Assembly (NCBI RefSeq): GCF_023055435.1
Contig: NW_025964223.1
Span: 27,714,001-27,778,000 of the forward strand
DNA: 64,000 bases
DNA from: Haliotis rufescens
Taxonomy: Eukaryota
Direction: 5' to 3'
Position numbers and translations under genes: made by a program
In this document: piece after piece, positions 37,301 through 50,510 of the stretch
Layout: each line of letters begins with the position of its first letter
How positions within the stretch are numbered: position 1 is the stretch's first letter
The notes under the pieces: model-generated
Database searches by the model: none
What the model saw: only the letters and a program-made list of their open reading frames with translations
Told to the model about the DNA's origin: nothing

Positions 37301-39717
37301 TGCCTGAAGTGCACACTTAAAAAGAAGAATTTTCTATCACTGTCATCTAAAAGAATAACTGTTTGAACAAAGGTAATGGATCTAACAAGGATCTAAAACA
37401 ACAGGATATCTAGTCTTGCCCTTGTGTGTAATTCAAGGTTCAATACTATGCAGATTCACGCAGCATGCACATCATTTTTTTATGTTTATATCTTCATAAC
37501 CACAGACATTATTGAAGCCAATTCTTGAATCATAGTTCATGAACATGAGAAATGAAAATATAAAAAACTGTGCATGTAGAGCATTCTTTAGTGTCCTTCA
37601 TGTAGACAACATTTAAAGAACCTACAAAACTCTTGAATGATATTTAGCTATATCCCACATTTCCATAACTTGCTGACCCTAAACTCCAGCTTACCAATAG
37701 TTGGGGCCTCATTCACCAGGAAGTGCATGTTATCATGTCTCCTGTATTCACTGTTACCAAGAAGCTCATCCGCTCTGGCTGCAGATTTTGCACGCTTAGA
37801 TTTCTTCAATATTCCAGTGTTTGACCGTGACTTTGATGGACTAGTCTTGACAAGTTTGGTGGATGACAGGGGAGGCCCAGTCTGCCTGTCTGCTGCTTGC
37901 ATGTAATAACCTGCACCGAGAGTAACTGGAAAATATGTGGCTGCAAGACCACCTTCATTGGCTTGTGCTTTATAGGCAATTTCTCTATATACCTGCTTGT
38001 CTGAAGCTATTTCTTCATCCAGTAATGCTCCAAGGGTACCAGTTGTGTTATGTATAGGCGAAGTGGACCGAGATGGCCGGAGGTACGTCTGAGACATGTG
38101 GACTGGGCTTGTGTACCACTGAGATTCCTCTCTTGACCGTGGCCTACCAGCATAGGAATCTTCCAAATCTAAGTTGTGATGCATTAATCGAGCCAGTTCA
38201 GCCTCTGTAGCACTTGTATGTAAACTGCTGTGGAAATCCTTAGATTGAGATAAGTTAGTTGCTTCTGAATCTTTTCCAAGTAGTGTTTGTTTTAAATTAC
38301 TGCTTACTCTGTTTAGATTATGACTCATGCTTCTTAATGACTGGGACAATTTCTGGTTGTCATAATTGTCATGGTAACACTCTGGAGAATACCTCCCCAC
38401 TCCGCTTGTTGTGGTGGTTAGTTGACTGTTGCTAAGATATCCAGGTTTGGACCTGAAAACATAATCCATAGTTATACTTGTTCTGACAATTAAGTGTCAG
38501 ACACAACATTAGACGTTAAATATTTCTCTTTATCTAACACAATGTTCCATATGTTTAATGCAAAGTTAGCATGGTTAGTGAATATTATTATATGATACAT
38601 TTATGCCTCAGTGAGCAATATGAAAGCAGTTCCCCTAGTAAACATTCTCTATCGACCTGAACTAGATCATCTGCATATTCATGGCGACTAATAAGGAAAC
38701 GGAAGTTACGTAGTCCGCATATTTTTTCCCGCTCTGTGCCAAGAATCTATTGGGAGATCATAAGGGCCATAATGCCAAACTTAGAAATACGTTCTTCACT
38801 AGTAGCCAAAAGATAAATACATACTTTGGGCATACTAGAAGTGCTTTATATATATTTATTGTTGATGTTAAACACTTTTCCATTTTGTGACAAATTATTG
38901 TCATCCAATTTTTTTATAAAGAATCTTAGAATATCATTTCTGATATTTTGTTGTTGACTTATAAAAATATTTTTGTCTTAATTTTCGGTAAATATGCATT
39001 GAATACCTATTACTGATAACACATTTAGAATTTTACTTGTGCTGTCTTTGCACTTGTCTGGACAAATCACTGATGTCTGGCAGCATCATACCATTGGTTG
39101 GTAGAATTATGTCCTCTTTTTGTCCAATTCGGACCTCCATACACAACTTTTCTCTGTACCGCGATACAATGGAGTTCTCTCCCTTGTCAAACAGAGCGCG
39201 AGGCCCGGCTTTTACTACTGATGTAAATAGTGAACTTTTATCAGTAAAATATGCATTATTTGATAAAATAAATGATATCTGATATAGAGAACACGAATAA
39301 TCATAAAGGTTAGTGAGTGCATTTTGTTCCGTTTAGCGTACATGACAAGTACCGCGATACCCTGAGGTTGCAGGCTATAAGACTGAAAACAGTATTGGGA
39401 TATTATTTGTTCTGATGTCTTTCATAATAAGTTTATAAAACGTTTTAATTTCAGTATAGATATTTTATCTTATCTTATAAAGTGTTTGTCATGAATTTCC
39501 CAAACTATTATTTTTTTTCATTTCTTTCGTGAACTTTGTGCTGTAGAACTGTGACTAAGTCGTGTTCACACTTGTTTTGTTGTGACCGCCCGCCGTTTCA
39601 TCGAAGCAGTCATTCAGTCCAGAAACTGCAAATATTCGCATGCAAGCTGACTAGGAAAGAAACATACCAGTACGAAGGGGATTTCCCACGGAGAACGAAA
39701 TCAGGGTCGGGGTTCAT
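27635..39717 (-). CDS. Gene C: uncharacterised 437-aa protein with a C-terminal coiled-coil motif; exons 39717-39668, 39234-39037, 38452-37695, 36816-36669, 27794-27635
   Basis: GT-AG introns in phases 2, 2, 1, 2 give a 1314-nt frame that includes ORF 37648-38469. The C-terminus reads TPYQTELARLRMERLRMEEDRLLELKRQEELERIRGPKQKWYEMKTPEFHYEAHKNN. The exon 1/2 junction uses a weaker AAG acceptor and is the least certain part. Confidence 0.8.
28030..31795. repeat. Degenerate ~29-bp C/A-rich minisatellite in gene C intron 4
   Basis: Unit CCACCAACATCCCCCATCAACATCGATCT, with 13/16-nt subunit slippage. Confidence 0.95.
32605..36115. repeat. ~55-70-bp minisatellite with embedded variable (CA)n, ~60 copies, in gene C intron 4
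   Basis: Unit CCCAACCCTCACATCAGTAAAACAC(T/C)ATACACATCAGTAAGACACC(AC)n. Confidence 0.95.
37140..37176 (+). ncRNA. Degenerate hammerhead-ribozyme-like motif, probably a Penelope pLTR remnant
   Basis: CAC CTGAA GGAGTA agtaca TACTCC GAAA CGCT GTG. Stem II (6 bp) and stem I (CAC/GTG) are present, but the CUGANGA core is short and the cleavage triplet is altered. Confidence 0.45.
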
Positions 39718-39931
39718 TGTCACTGAGGTTTCCTTAGGCCTAGCTGTCACACTTACAGAACAGAGACGCCGACATTGTTTACGGATGTGAGCTATGCTGG
39801 ATACGACGCATGCGTATCTGCCAATTTCCTGTATCAATAACCGGAAGTGGGTATTAGCGTGCAAAGTTGCTAGTGTAGGTTGTGCTTTCAAGACTTAGGT
39901 TAACTAAAAGCGAAAGTAACCAAAGACGACA
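39718..39931. promoter_or_regulatory. Bidirectional promoter between gene C and nudC
   Basis: The divergent ATGs are 214 nt apart. The region is CpG-richer than its flanks and has an ETS/GABP-type CCGGAAGTG at 39841-39849. Confidence 0.65.
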
Positions 39932-42900
39932 ATGGCAGACCCTGAGAGATTTGACGGGATGCTTCTCGGCATGGCCTCACAATGTGAAGGAGGTGTTCAA
40001 GAGGTAAAATCGTGGAATGTGCTCATTACGTGCTATTGAGTATTGTCAAACAAGGCACGAAGCGAAGATCTTAGTTGCGATCTGGAACCGTCTACAATAT
40101 TCAGACAAAATGAACCCTCTCTCTAAAATAGGATCATGATAGCTATTGCCATATGGATGTATCATGACATGGTGTATATTTGTTATTTTCGTTTTCAGTG
40201 GGATAACATGTATAAACAGACAGATTCAGGAGTGTGAAAAAGGGGGTGCACCACAAAGTGGACCAAAACACATGGAGTAGACGGGTTATAGGCCTAGTTA
40301 AGACGGCACCTCAGCAAAACCTCACTGAGCGAAAATGGCATCGATTGGCGAAAACGTCACCTTGTCTATGGTGAAAACGGCACCATATTATTCTTTTAAC
40401 CTTGGCACTGAAATACATGAAATCAACCTCAAACACAAACATAATTTTGTGAAATGTTAAAAAATGTTTACTGGTACATTACAAACTAGCCTTTACTCAT
40501 CGACTCTGATTTGGAGGCACAACTAGATCTATACTTATATGTGAAGACATCACATGCTTTGAAGTAAAATAAATGAAATTAAACTTACATGGTCACTTGC
40601 AAACACAAATAATTGTTAAATTAAATTATGTCCAATTTACTCACCAACTCTGATTGGGAGACCGTAGGTCAATTAACTCAATGTGAAGATGAAACTGAGC
40701 CTGGCGGAAATATTCATTTTACTTAGTAGGAAATACAAAAGTAATTTTATGGATATTTTATATATATATATATCTCCCCTTTCTGTCTGCAGCCAAGAAT
40801 GTTCCTTTGGATAACAGACTGTGTCCCCGCCCAAGGAAAACATATATACTACAACATAACATAATAAAGCATATATACTACTACTGCATAAATAATTCTT
40901 ATTGTTATTAAAAATTGAGGTGTCGTTTTCGCCCGACAATTAGCATGATTAGTAGCCATTTTTCGCCAAAAGGGGTGACGTTTTAGTCTTAGAAATCGGT
41001 GACATTTTGCTGAGGTGCCATTTTTGCCTGCACCAGACTAGACACTGGTGTCTTGAAAAATGGGCTAGGGCGGATGGAATACAATGGATAAACAGTTACA
41101 TGATTCTGAAAAGTGGGGTACACACTTATCCAATCATATGTTGAACAAAGCACATGAGGTAACTGGCAGTGCCTCAGATAGACACGTAAGGGGAGGGTGA
41201 CTGTTGACTGAAAAATACAGAGGCCAGCTGTACAAAATTTGCTAATCACTATGATTTTGGTTGGAGGTTTTTTAATTGTTCAGTGAATTGGTAACCACCA
41301 TGACAAGTACATGAGTAGATGTAGTGCAGATTTTGCTGAAATAATGCTGATGGGACATTAAATATGATCTCACTCACTCTTTTGACCAAATACAAGACTA
41401 TTGTCCACATGCTCATACATTCTGGAGAGTGCCAACCCCCTCCCCTTAATGCCAAATCTTATTTTTCACTCTTGTGTTACTTTTGCTCACCCCTGAATCC
41501 TGAATAATAATTACACAAGTCTCAAAAGCATCTCAGAATTCACTCTAAAAAGGCAGAATGTTAATCATAGACACAACTACTGCCAAAAAATTGAAAAAGT
41601 CAAATATCTAAAGTAAATTTATAAATACACCATGTATATGTTGAATCATTATGCCAAATATAATTTTATTTGTGTTCCGTGATGAACATGCTGAATCCTA
41701 AGTACCCTCTAAGTAAGACCTATGAATTACATGCACCAGGACTGAAGAGGGTGTTGGCAGCCTCATTCTGATGCATCCATTAAACATAGCTGTAGAACGC
41801 TATACCCTTCACAGATCATGCTGACTGACATCGTATTACCATGATTCGGCTAATGTCCTGTCAAATGAATTATACAAGGATTTTCCTGCAGCCAAGAATG
41901 GTATATTGCAATTTTCAGTGCTTCACACTGGCACTTTAGTAGGAGCCCTTGTCATTGACAATGTTAACCCCAGAAAAAAAGCAGCATGCCAAACACTATC
42001 TTTTGTCAATTTCTGAGTCATCAGCAATCATGGCAATAGAAACTTATATTTTTAGTGCACTAGTCCTTATAATAATAATATATAGCAAAACTATTAATAA
42101 TGGCAAATTTCTATGAGTCCTTATAATACTTTACCTACTGGACAGTTTGGCGAGGACCACAGGACTACTGCCAATTTCTAACACTGGTCATATGCATGAT
42201 GTGAGTGCATAGTTCCATGTTTCTGAGGGCAATGATGCTTGACCCATCTTTCATCATGTTCATATGTATTCACTTGCTTCAGCCATACATGAGTATTAAA
42301 GGGTGACAAGGCTTCAACAAATTGTCAGTCCATGCAAGTTTGATTCATGTCATTCTGACACCACAGGAACGTGATTACCAGCACTGTGTTCATTGTGTTT
42401 CTTTGGGAATTTAGATTTTCGGAATTAGATCAGTAATAAAACATCATGATCATGTTAAGAAAATGTTATTACAACCCTCATTACACTGAGGTGATGGTTT
42501 ACACAGCATTTGATATTTCCAACATCTAGTCCTGAGTCCTGTTCCACAAAGCGGTCTTAGCACTGAGACGATCATCCATGCTTCAACATGGACTTCAGAT
42601 AATCAAAGTGCTAAGATCGCTCTGTGGAACGGGTACCAGGACTGGAAGTGGGCATCAGGTCAAGCATAGGCTCCTTTAAAGCACTCTGAAGCACTGTATT
42701 GTCATTAGGGCTGGCGAATAGCAATAATTGATCAATATTTAGTTGACGATTATCAATCTCCCCAGATTTATACCCATAGGCAGCCCAAATTGTCATCGTG
42801 GTTATATTATTAAACAAGGGTAAATTACCATGTTTATGGGCTACAGAATCAACAGCAATCACGGAAGATGACCATTCTCTTTCAGATTAAATCCTCCTTG

Positions 42901-45900
42901 GGGCACTTATTGCATTTTCCTGGCTCAAGAAAATCTACATGACATAGTTGTAACCATTTTCCTTAATAAAAAATGTTACCACACAAAAAACTTCGTTTTT
43001 GTATGATATACGTCCACCCTTATGGTGCCTCACCCTCCACGGCGCGTCACGCCAAGGGAAGCAACTCTCACCCAAATAACTTTCCTTATGTCATCTGACA
43101 AAGACAGACGTGCTGTTTTTTTCAAGACTTACAAAGTACAAGATAAATCGTTCGTACAAGAACCATGGCAGACCAAACTGTATGTATGGTACATTTCTTT
43201 CATGCAAAGGCGTAATACCTCGCATTGTAAAGTTATAGAGTTGTAATTATTTGACATGTGTACGATACCTTTGAACAAAGGCCGTCGTGGCGTCCATATT
43301 GTTGTGCCACGTATGATACATGTAACACCAGGGCCATTAAAAACGGCTTGGGGTTTTTAATGTTATATCATCAGACTTTGGCCTACAATCTTTTCCTTTA
43401 ATAAACCCAAGGTGGTGTGTTAATTATATTTAAATCACACTTACCTTTTTTTACGGTTTTTTTACACCTTCGCGCGTAACACGCCCACTATTAGTATCTT
43501 GTTACCAATCGCATTCTAAATTACGCCTTTGCTTCTAGTTTCACAAATTTATGCACGTATCTTTCCGATCTTTCAATCGCACTGATACACTTTATTACCC
43601 TTCCCGCCCAACTAAAAAATTACGGTCTTTTTTACAGACCTTCAAATTGTGTACGGGGTGTTCGGCATCTATCCCCCCCCCAAGACAGGCATGATACTTG
43701 CCTCAAGTGTTTGGCGGAAGACGGGCATGACGATGGGTCATGCCCAGTGTTGCTTTCATGCCCAGTGTTGTTGAGGTCGCAGATGGCGTCGATGATGGAG
43801 GAGGTAAAGTCTCAGCTCCGAGAGGAGATGCGGACCGAGCCTTCCCCATTGTCGGCAGCGGACGTGGCTTCGAGACCTCGTGATATGCAGGCCACTTGGT
43901 CTCGGGGACGATCTCAGTCCAGGCTTCGGCACTGGCTCGAGGTCGCTCCCCAGCGGAGGGGTGGCGGGCGCTGGCCCGTTCACTACCGACGCACAGTTCT
44001 CCCTAGCGGAGCCAGACGCCTCTTTCGAGGCAGAGGCTTCCTCTAGCGGATTCCTAGCCCAGAGCCAGGTGGGTTCCCTTGAACCCTCGGGACCAGGACC
44101 TCAGCTTCGGGTCGGGTGCAGCCCGGGGATGCGAAGGCCCAGGCCTTCGGGCGTCCCCTTCCGACTTCGTCTGCCTCTTCTCTCCGAACGACTCGGAGAC
44201 GACTCGGAAACCTCGGGAACATTTTCCTTCGTTTCCTCGTTGAGGTATGTATGGGACAAGATTGTCCAGGTACTGCCTCAGGTGGCTGCGCCCATGCCCC
44301 AGTCGGATCCGTCTGAGTTCCGCCTTCCGGGGGACGCCCTGGAGCAAGGCGCCCCAGGTGCGGCTCCGTATTCTCTCTTCACTGGTGCATGAGGTCATCA
44401 ACCCTCTGTTGTCGGGTGCCCGCGGGAAGTTCCACCTGCCCGAACTTATTAAGCGGTACCCGTTAGCAGAGGATGGTGACTTCGAGGTACCGGTGTTGGA
44501 CGAATGCGTCTGGACCTCTGTTACCCTGGGGGGGTCTTCGGCCCCCACCTTGGCTAAGGTCAAGTAGGGCCGGCGGTTGCCACCCTTTCCCCGGTGCGGT
44601 GCGGAGCTGAAGGCTCCTTACGTTTGCTTCGAGGAGCAATATCGTAACGCATGTCAGCAACTCCGTGTGTCCGTACACTCCGCATATCTGTCGGCCGTAC
44701 AGAGGGAGTTAGCGGGAGAGGGGCCGTCCGACTCTTCGGAATTGGCCGCGCAACTTACAGAGGTCCATAGTCATCTTGCGAGGGACGCTATTCGTAGCTG
44801 TGCCTCGCAGATGATGTGCGCAGTCATGGGCATGCGCAGGCTGTGGATGTCGGTATCCAAATACTGGGCTTCCACACGCCAGGATCTACTTGCTTTGCCT
44901 TATAAGATGGGTGCCCCCCTCTTCCCTGGGGCTCAGCAGGTGGTCTGAGAGGCCTCACAGTTGTATGCCTCCATCAAGGATTCTAAGGCCTTGTTGGAGG
45001 TACCATGCGTTAAACCGCGTAATTGCCTCCTTCTACGCTGACGCGCCGGGTCAGAAGTCTGCACCTGCTTGGAAGCAGCCGCTTCCTTCAGGTAAGAGCG
45101 CCGGGAGGAGCAAGAGAGGCAGGGGCCGGGGCAAGGCAGCTGGTCGAGGCCAGCAGCCTTTTCGCGTGGCCGGGAACCCATTAGCGCCCTGAAGTGCCCT
45201 GGGCGGACCCACGGTCGCATGTTATGGAACTGCCCACAGCCAGGGTCCACTGCCTCAAGCCGGATGTCCCCGTAGGCGGCCGACTGGCTCTATTCCTGCA
45301 GGAATGGGAGACAGTCACATCCAATCCCTGGACCCTGTCCACTCTATGGGATGGCCATTTGCCTCACTGGAAACATCATCCGCCCCCCTTCTCCGGGATA
45401 AAGCACACTCAGGTGCCTGCTACCCGAGAAAAGGCGGAATTCCTCCGTGCCGAGGTCGACGCACTTCTTATGAAGGCTGCGATCGAACCGGTTCCTGTGG
45501 GACAGGAAAGCAAGGGCTTCTACTCGACATATTTCCTAGTCCCCCTAAAAGACGGAGGGTTCAGACCTATTCTCAATCTGAGAAGGCTGAACAAATTTAT
45601 AGAGGTACCGTACTTCAGGATGGAGACACTGCGCTCGGTGATCTCAGCTGTCGAGACAGGAGAATGGCTAATGACAATAGACCTAAAAGACGCCTATCTC
45701 CACGTACCCATACACCCCGAGTTCAAGAAATACCTGAGGTTTTCTTTCGATGGAAGGGGGGGTCAGTTCAGGGTTCTACCATTCGGGATTTCCACGGCCC
45801 CGAGGGTGTTCACCAAGCTGATGTTGATTCCTGCCCAAGTGGCCAGGTCAAAAGGTCGGTTCTGCCATCCGTACCTCGACGACTGGTTACTAAGAGCTCT

Positions 45901-48900
45901 ATCACAATCCCTGAGTCAGATAGCTACACAAGATGTGATAGACATTCTGATCACTCTAGGGTGGATAGTCAATCTCAAGAAGTCAGATCTGAGCCCTACT
46001 CAGAATCTCGTCTTCCTAGGGGCGAATTTCAACATGGTGAGCGGACTTGTATCTCTGTCACAAGATCGCATTACCAGGGTCAGAAGTGTTACTTCCCAGT
46101 TCCTTCTGTCCGCAAGTCACACTGCTCGTACATGGCTCCAGTTACTGGGCAACATGGCGGCGACAGTGGATGTGGTTTGGCGGGCGCGCTTGAGAATGAG
46201 ACCCATTCAACAAGCGCTCCGTCGACTTTGGGTGAATTCGGAAGATCTCGAGACTGTTCTCGTGACTCCACAGTGGCTCAATGCACACCTTCAGTGGTGG
46301 ACCGAGGTCAGGAATCTGTCCCGGGGGCTCCCCCTCGACACTCCCTTTCCGTCTCTCACAGTTCAAACAGACGCGTCACTCTCCGGCTGGGGAGGCATTC
46401 TGAACGATCACACTGCCTCGGGACTATGGTCCCAGCAGGAGATCAAACTGCATATCAATGTGCTAGAACTGAGAGCGGTCAGGTTGGTGTTCCAACGCTT
46501 CCTGGATCTGCTTCGTGGCCAAGTTGTGCGTCTAGATATAGACAACCAAACGGCGATTTTTTACATCCGGAAGCAGGGGGGACCCCGAGGTCGGTGGCAT
46601 CGGACGCCTTCCAGCTAGATTGGACGGACAGAATTCTGTGGGCATTTCCCCAAGTACCTCTGATTCCCAAGGTCCTGTCTCAGCTAGCCACTCAGCCTGC
46701 GCGACTACTTGTGCTCTGGCACCCCTTTGGTCGGTGCGGAGCTGGTTTCCAGTAATACTCAGGTTTCTGGCTCAGCCTCCTGTTCTATTACCTTTACGAC
46801 CGGACCTTCTATCCCAGAACGGGGCCCTCCACCCGAATCCCAGGATTCAGTGGGTGGGTTGGCCACTGTCCGGAATCGCCTCCAGAAGAGCGGTATTCCT
46901 GCACGAGTTGCAGACACAATACTGGCTTCGCGGAGGGATTCGACAAACGTTCAGTACGAGGATAGATGGGCCTGCCATGCGTGCTGGTGTGTCGATAGAG
47001 GGATTGCAGATCCCTTTTCTGCAGATCTCATAGCCGTGCTTGAGTTCCTCCAGTCACAACTAGATGACGTCCTGGACGCATCGACAGTCCGGGGGTACTC
47101 TACAGCTATCGCAACCTTTCACGTCCCTGTCGGTGGGGCACTTCTGGGTGCACACCCATTAGTGCAACGCTTTTTAGCAGGTGTGGACAGGATCCGACCG
47201 CCTGTCTGGCGGATCAGTCCCCATTGGGACTTGTTAATCGTTCTTGATTGGCTGTCCGGTCCTTCCTTTCGGGATCTGTCGTCTCTCTCTCTTCAGCTGT
47301 TGAGCTGGAAGACGGCGTTCCTTGTGGCGGTAATGTCCGGCAGACGGGTAGGTGACATTCACGCAATGTCAGCCGATCCCGAACTAACTGTCTTTCAAAA
47401 GGACAGGGTCAGTATTCGCCTGCCGGACTCTTACCTTCCTTAGGTCGCACACGCCTTCCACGTGACGGCTCCTATTGAGCTACCTGCTCTTTCACAGCCT
47501 TCCTCGTCGGGGACCACTGCAAGACATGCTCATGTCTTGGATGTCCGCAGGACCCTCAAGTCCTATATCAGCAGAACTAAGGGTATCCGTAAGGATAACC
47601 AATTATTTTGCTGTTATGGCGGTAGGAAGGCTGGCTCACCTGCGAGCAAACAAACTATCTCCAGGTGGATAGTCTCTACTATCTGTACTTCGTACACCCT
47701 TCAAGGCAGGGACCCCCCTACCAAGTTGAAGGCTCATTCGGTTAGAGCAGTGGCTACGACACTAGCGTACGCCGCGGCTCTGCCCATTGAGGAGATCTGC
47801 TCCGCGGCTATTTGGAGCCAGCCGAGCACGTTCATCAAACATTACCAACTCGACAAGCACTCAAGCGAGCGTGCTCGGTTTGGTCAGTCAGTTCTCCGAA
47901 CTGGGCAAAGTTCTGCATCTCTAGCCGATTGAGCCTTCAAGATTTTAGACCGCCCGGACCGGTTATAAAACTGCTCAGTAACGGTCCAGATTATATCTTC
48001 TAAGGTCGATAACAATACCAGCCATTACTACTCGATTTTAATTGTATTTGCACAAGCACTCCTTCGATTCACAGGAACCCTCTGGCCTAGCTCTGCGAGG
48101 GTTTATAGTCTCTCGTGATCTGCGCCCCCATATCACTTGTTCAAAAAAGGGGGGATGGGGTGTGTGTGTGTCTCAAGTTCTCGATATGATAAGCCACAAA
48201 GAATGCTTTTTTTCATTGTGTATGGTCGACCACGCCCTGTGTCTAGCCCCCGCCTTTCGACGGTGGTGCCTCACGATATGGTTGGTTCCATTTATTGAAC
48301 TCTTGTTTATTCATTGAAATAATCAAAATATGATGTATTTATGCACGCTTGTTGCTGACGGATGCCACTTCCTAGATTATCTTTAGGAGTCTATCTTGAT
48401 GCAATAAGTGGCCCAAGGAGGATTTAATCTGAAAGAGAATTTTACAAACCTGTAGAGGTTATGAATTCTCTGATGAAATCCTCCTTGGGGCACGGCCACC
48501 CACCTCCCCACATTCCGTCAGCATTAGCCTTATGGAAAGTGATTTGGGTGAGAGTTGCTTCCCTTGGCGTGACGCGCCGTGGAGGGTGAGGCACCATAAG
48601 GGTGGACGTATATCGTACAAAGACGAAGTTTTTTGTGTGGTAACATTTTTTATTAAGGAAAATGGTTACAACTATGTCATGTAGATTTTCTTGAGCCAGG
48701 AAAATGCAATAAGTGCCCCAAGGAGGATTTCATCAGAGAACTCATAACCTCTACAGGTTTGTAAAAATTTCAACTACAAATTTTTATGGCTGATTCAGTG
48801 TGTCAAACAAACCTTGCTAAACTTGATTGCAATTTGCTAAACACTGCAATAGCTTGAATATGCCTTGTGTGTGAAAAATATGTTGTTGGTTGTCACTACA

Positions 48901-50442
48901 CTGTCAGTATGTATGTGTTAATGTTTGTTGAACAGGAACCATAGTAGCCAACAACAAAATTATTTTCATTTTTATTTCTGGTTGCAGTTGCTGGATGTGC
49001 TCTTCAATTTCTTGTCGAGGAAAACCGACTTCTACATGGGTGGTGGGGAAGGAGCAGCCGAGAAGGTACTTTGTTCAACAGCAGATCTGGTTAAAATATT
49101 CCATATGCACCCACACTCCCTTGTGTATTTTGTGACTAGAATAACATTTCTAGTTGCAGCACATGGGGCAGTAACTGTTGGCCGAGGTTACGTCATGGTA
49201 TTGATCCATGACACCCAATAACATTAATATCAGATCTTAGTGCTTGCTATCACCACACACAGATAGGAGGACATCCCATTACAGGTCTCGTCAGAACAAC
49301 TTTTCGTGATCTTTGACTGGCCAATGAAATAACCAATAGGAAGACCACATTAGCCAATCAGAAAGCAGCTTGAGCTTTGCGGCACTAGTTTGAAACTGGA
49401 GACTTCCTTTCTAGACTCGATTGACCCTTTGTAAACATATTTTGTCAAAGTTCTCAGTTCAAAATTTGAAAACTGAACAAAGGAAAGTAAATCTGGAATG
49501 TCTAACAAATGGCCAAGATGGTTAGGCAGTACTTCCCAAGGCTATGGAAAGACTCTTCCGTTCCAAGCGAAAGTTAGATGATCTTGACAGAATCAGTAGT
49601 ACAGCCTGTACCTGCCGTTGGGCTTACCCCGTGTTTACCTTTTCAAGGTTGCATGATTTGACGATCTGGTAAGCGATGCTCTGATTGGTTGGATGAAAGG
49701 ATGTCCTCTGATGTTTGTTTAGCAGTAGTTAGTAATGTTTATACCCTCAACTTTCACTTGGTCCTCAGGGGGGCATGGGTGGCCTAGTCGTCTAAGTCGT
49801 CGCGATTCGCAGTGCAGAATTGCATCCCTTGGGCATGCCAGAAACCTATGATTGTGGGTTGGAATCACGGTTTGCCCTGATTATGTTTCTAGGTTTGTCA
49901 GCACCATACCTGTGCTTGTGGGTTTCACCGAAGTGGTAAACGCCTGAGACCTGCATCACTTTGGGCTTTCCTCCCACATTAAGCAGACATGCCATGATAT
50001 AACTGGAATACTGTTAAAAACGGTGTTAAACCAAACTCACTCACTTCGTCTTCAGATATTTTGTACTTCATGATGCTGTTTTGCTGCCAGAACCCAGTCT
50101 GTATTCTCCAGTGTGTTTTTCAGATGATTCAGGAGAAGTTTAAGAAGTACCAGTCTCAAGCTGAAGCCAAGGCTGCTGAGGTCAAAGCAGAGAAGGAGGC
50201 CGAAGAGAAACGCAGACAAGAGAAAATAGCAAGACGGAAAGCTACAGAGGAGAAAGAACAGGAAGGTCAGAAAGAGGAACCTAAAATCAAAGAACTGACT
50301 GATGAAGAGGCTGAGAAATTACAGAAAGAAATTGCACAGGTTTGATGCGGCTGTTATACTTTCATATTTATTTCCGATGTGTTTCAATGTCAGCAGCATA
50401 GTGTTATATAAAGTCAAGTAGTCCTCTCTGTGGCAAATTGAA

Positions 50443-50510
<68 letters not shown>

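Larger units (their letters stand above)
42874..48769 (+). mobile_element. Full-length DIRS1-type tyrosine-recombinase retrotransposon in nudC intron 1
   Basis: ITRs at 42889-43085 and 48534-48730 with about 3 mismatches. The ICR (48399-48493) is complementary to both termini. Also present are gag with an N-terminal Cys/His finger, RT/RNase H, a methyltransferase-like remnant and YR. Confidence 0.95.

Noticed and set aside
39718-39891. N-terminal extension of ORF 39610-39891
   Set aside because: It has a non-ATG start and overlaps the bidirectional promoter. The first ATG in this frame is at 39717.
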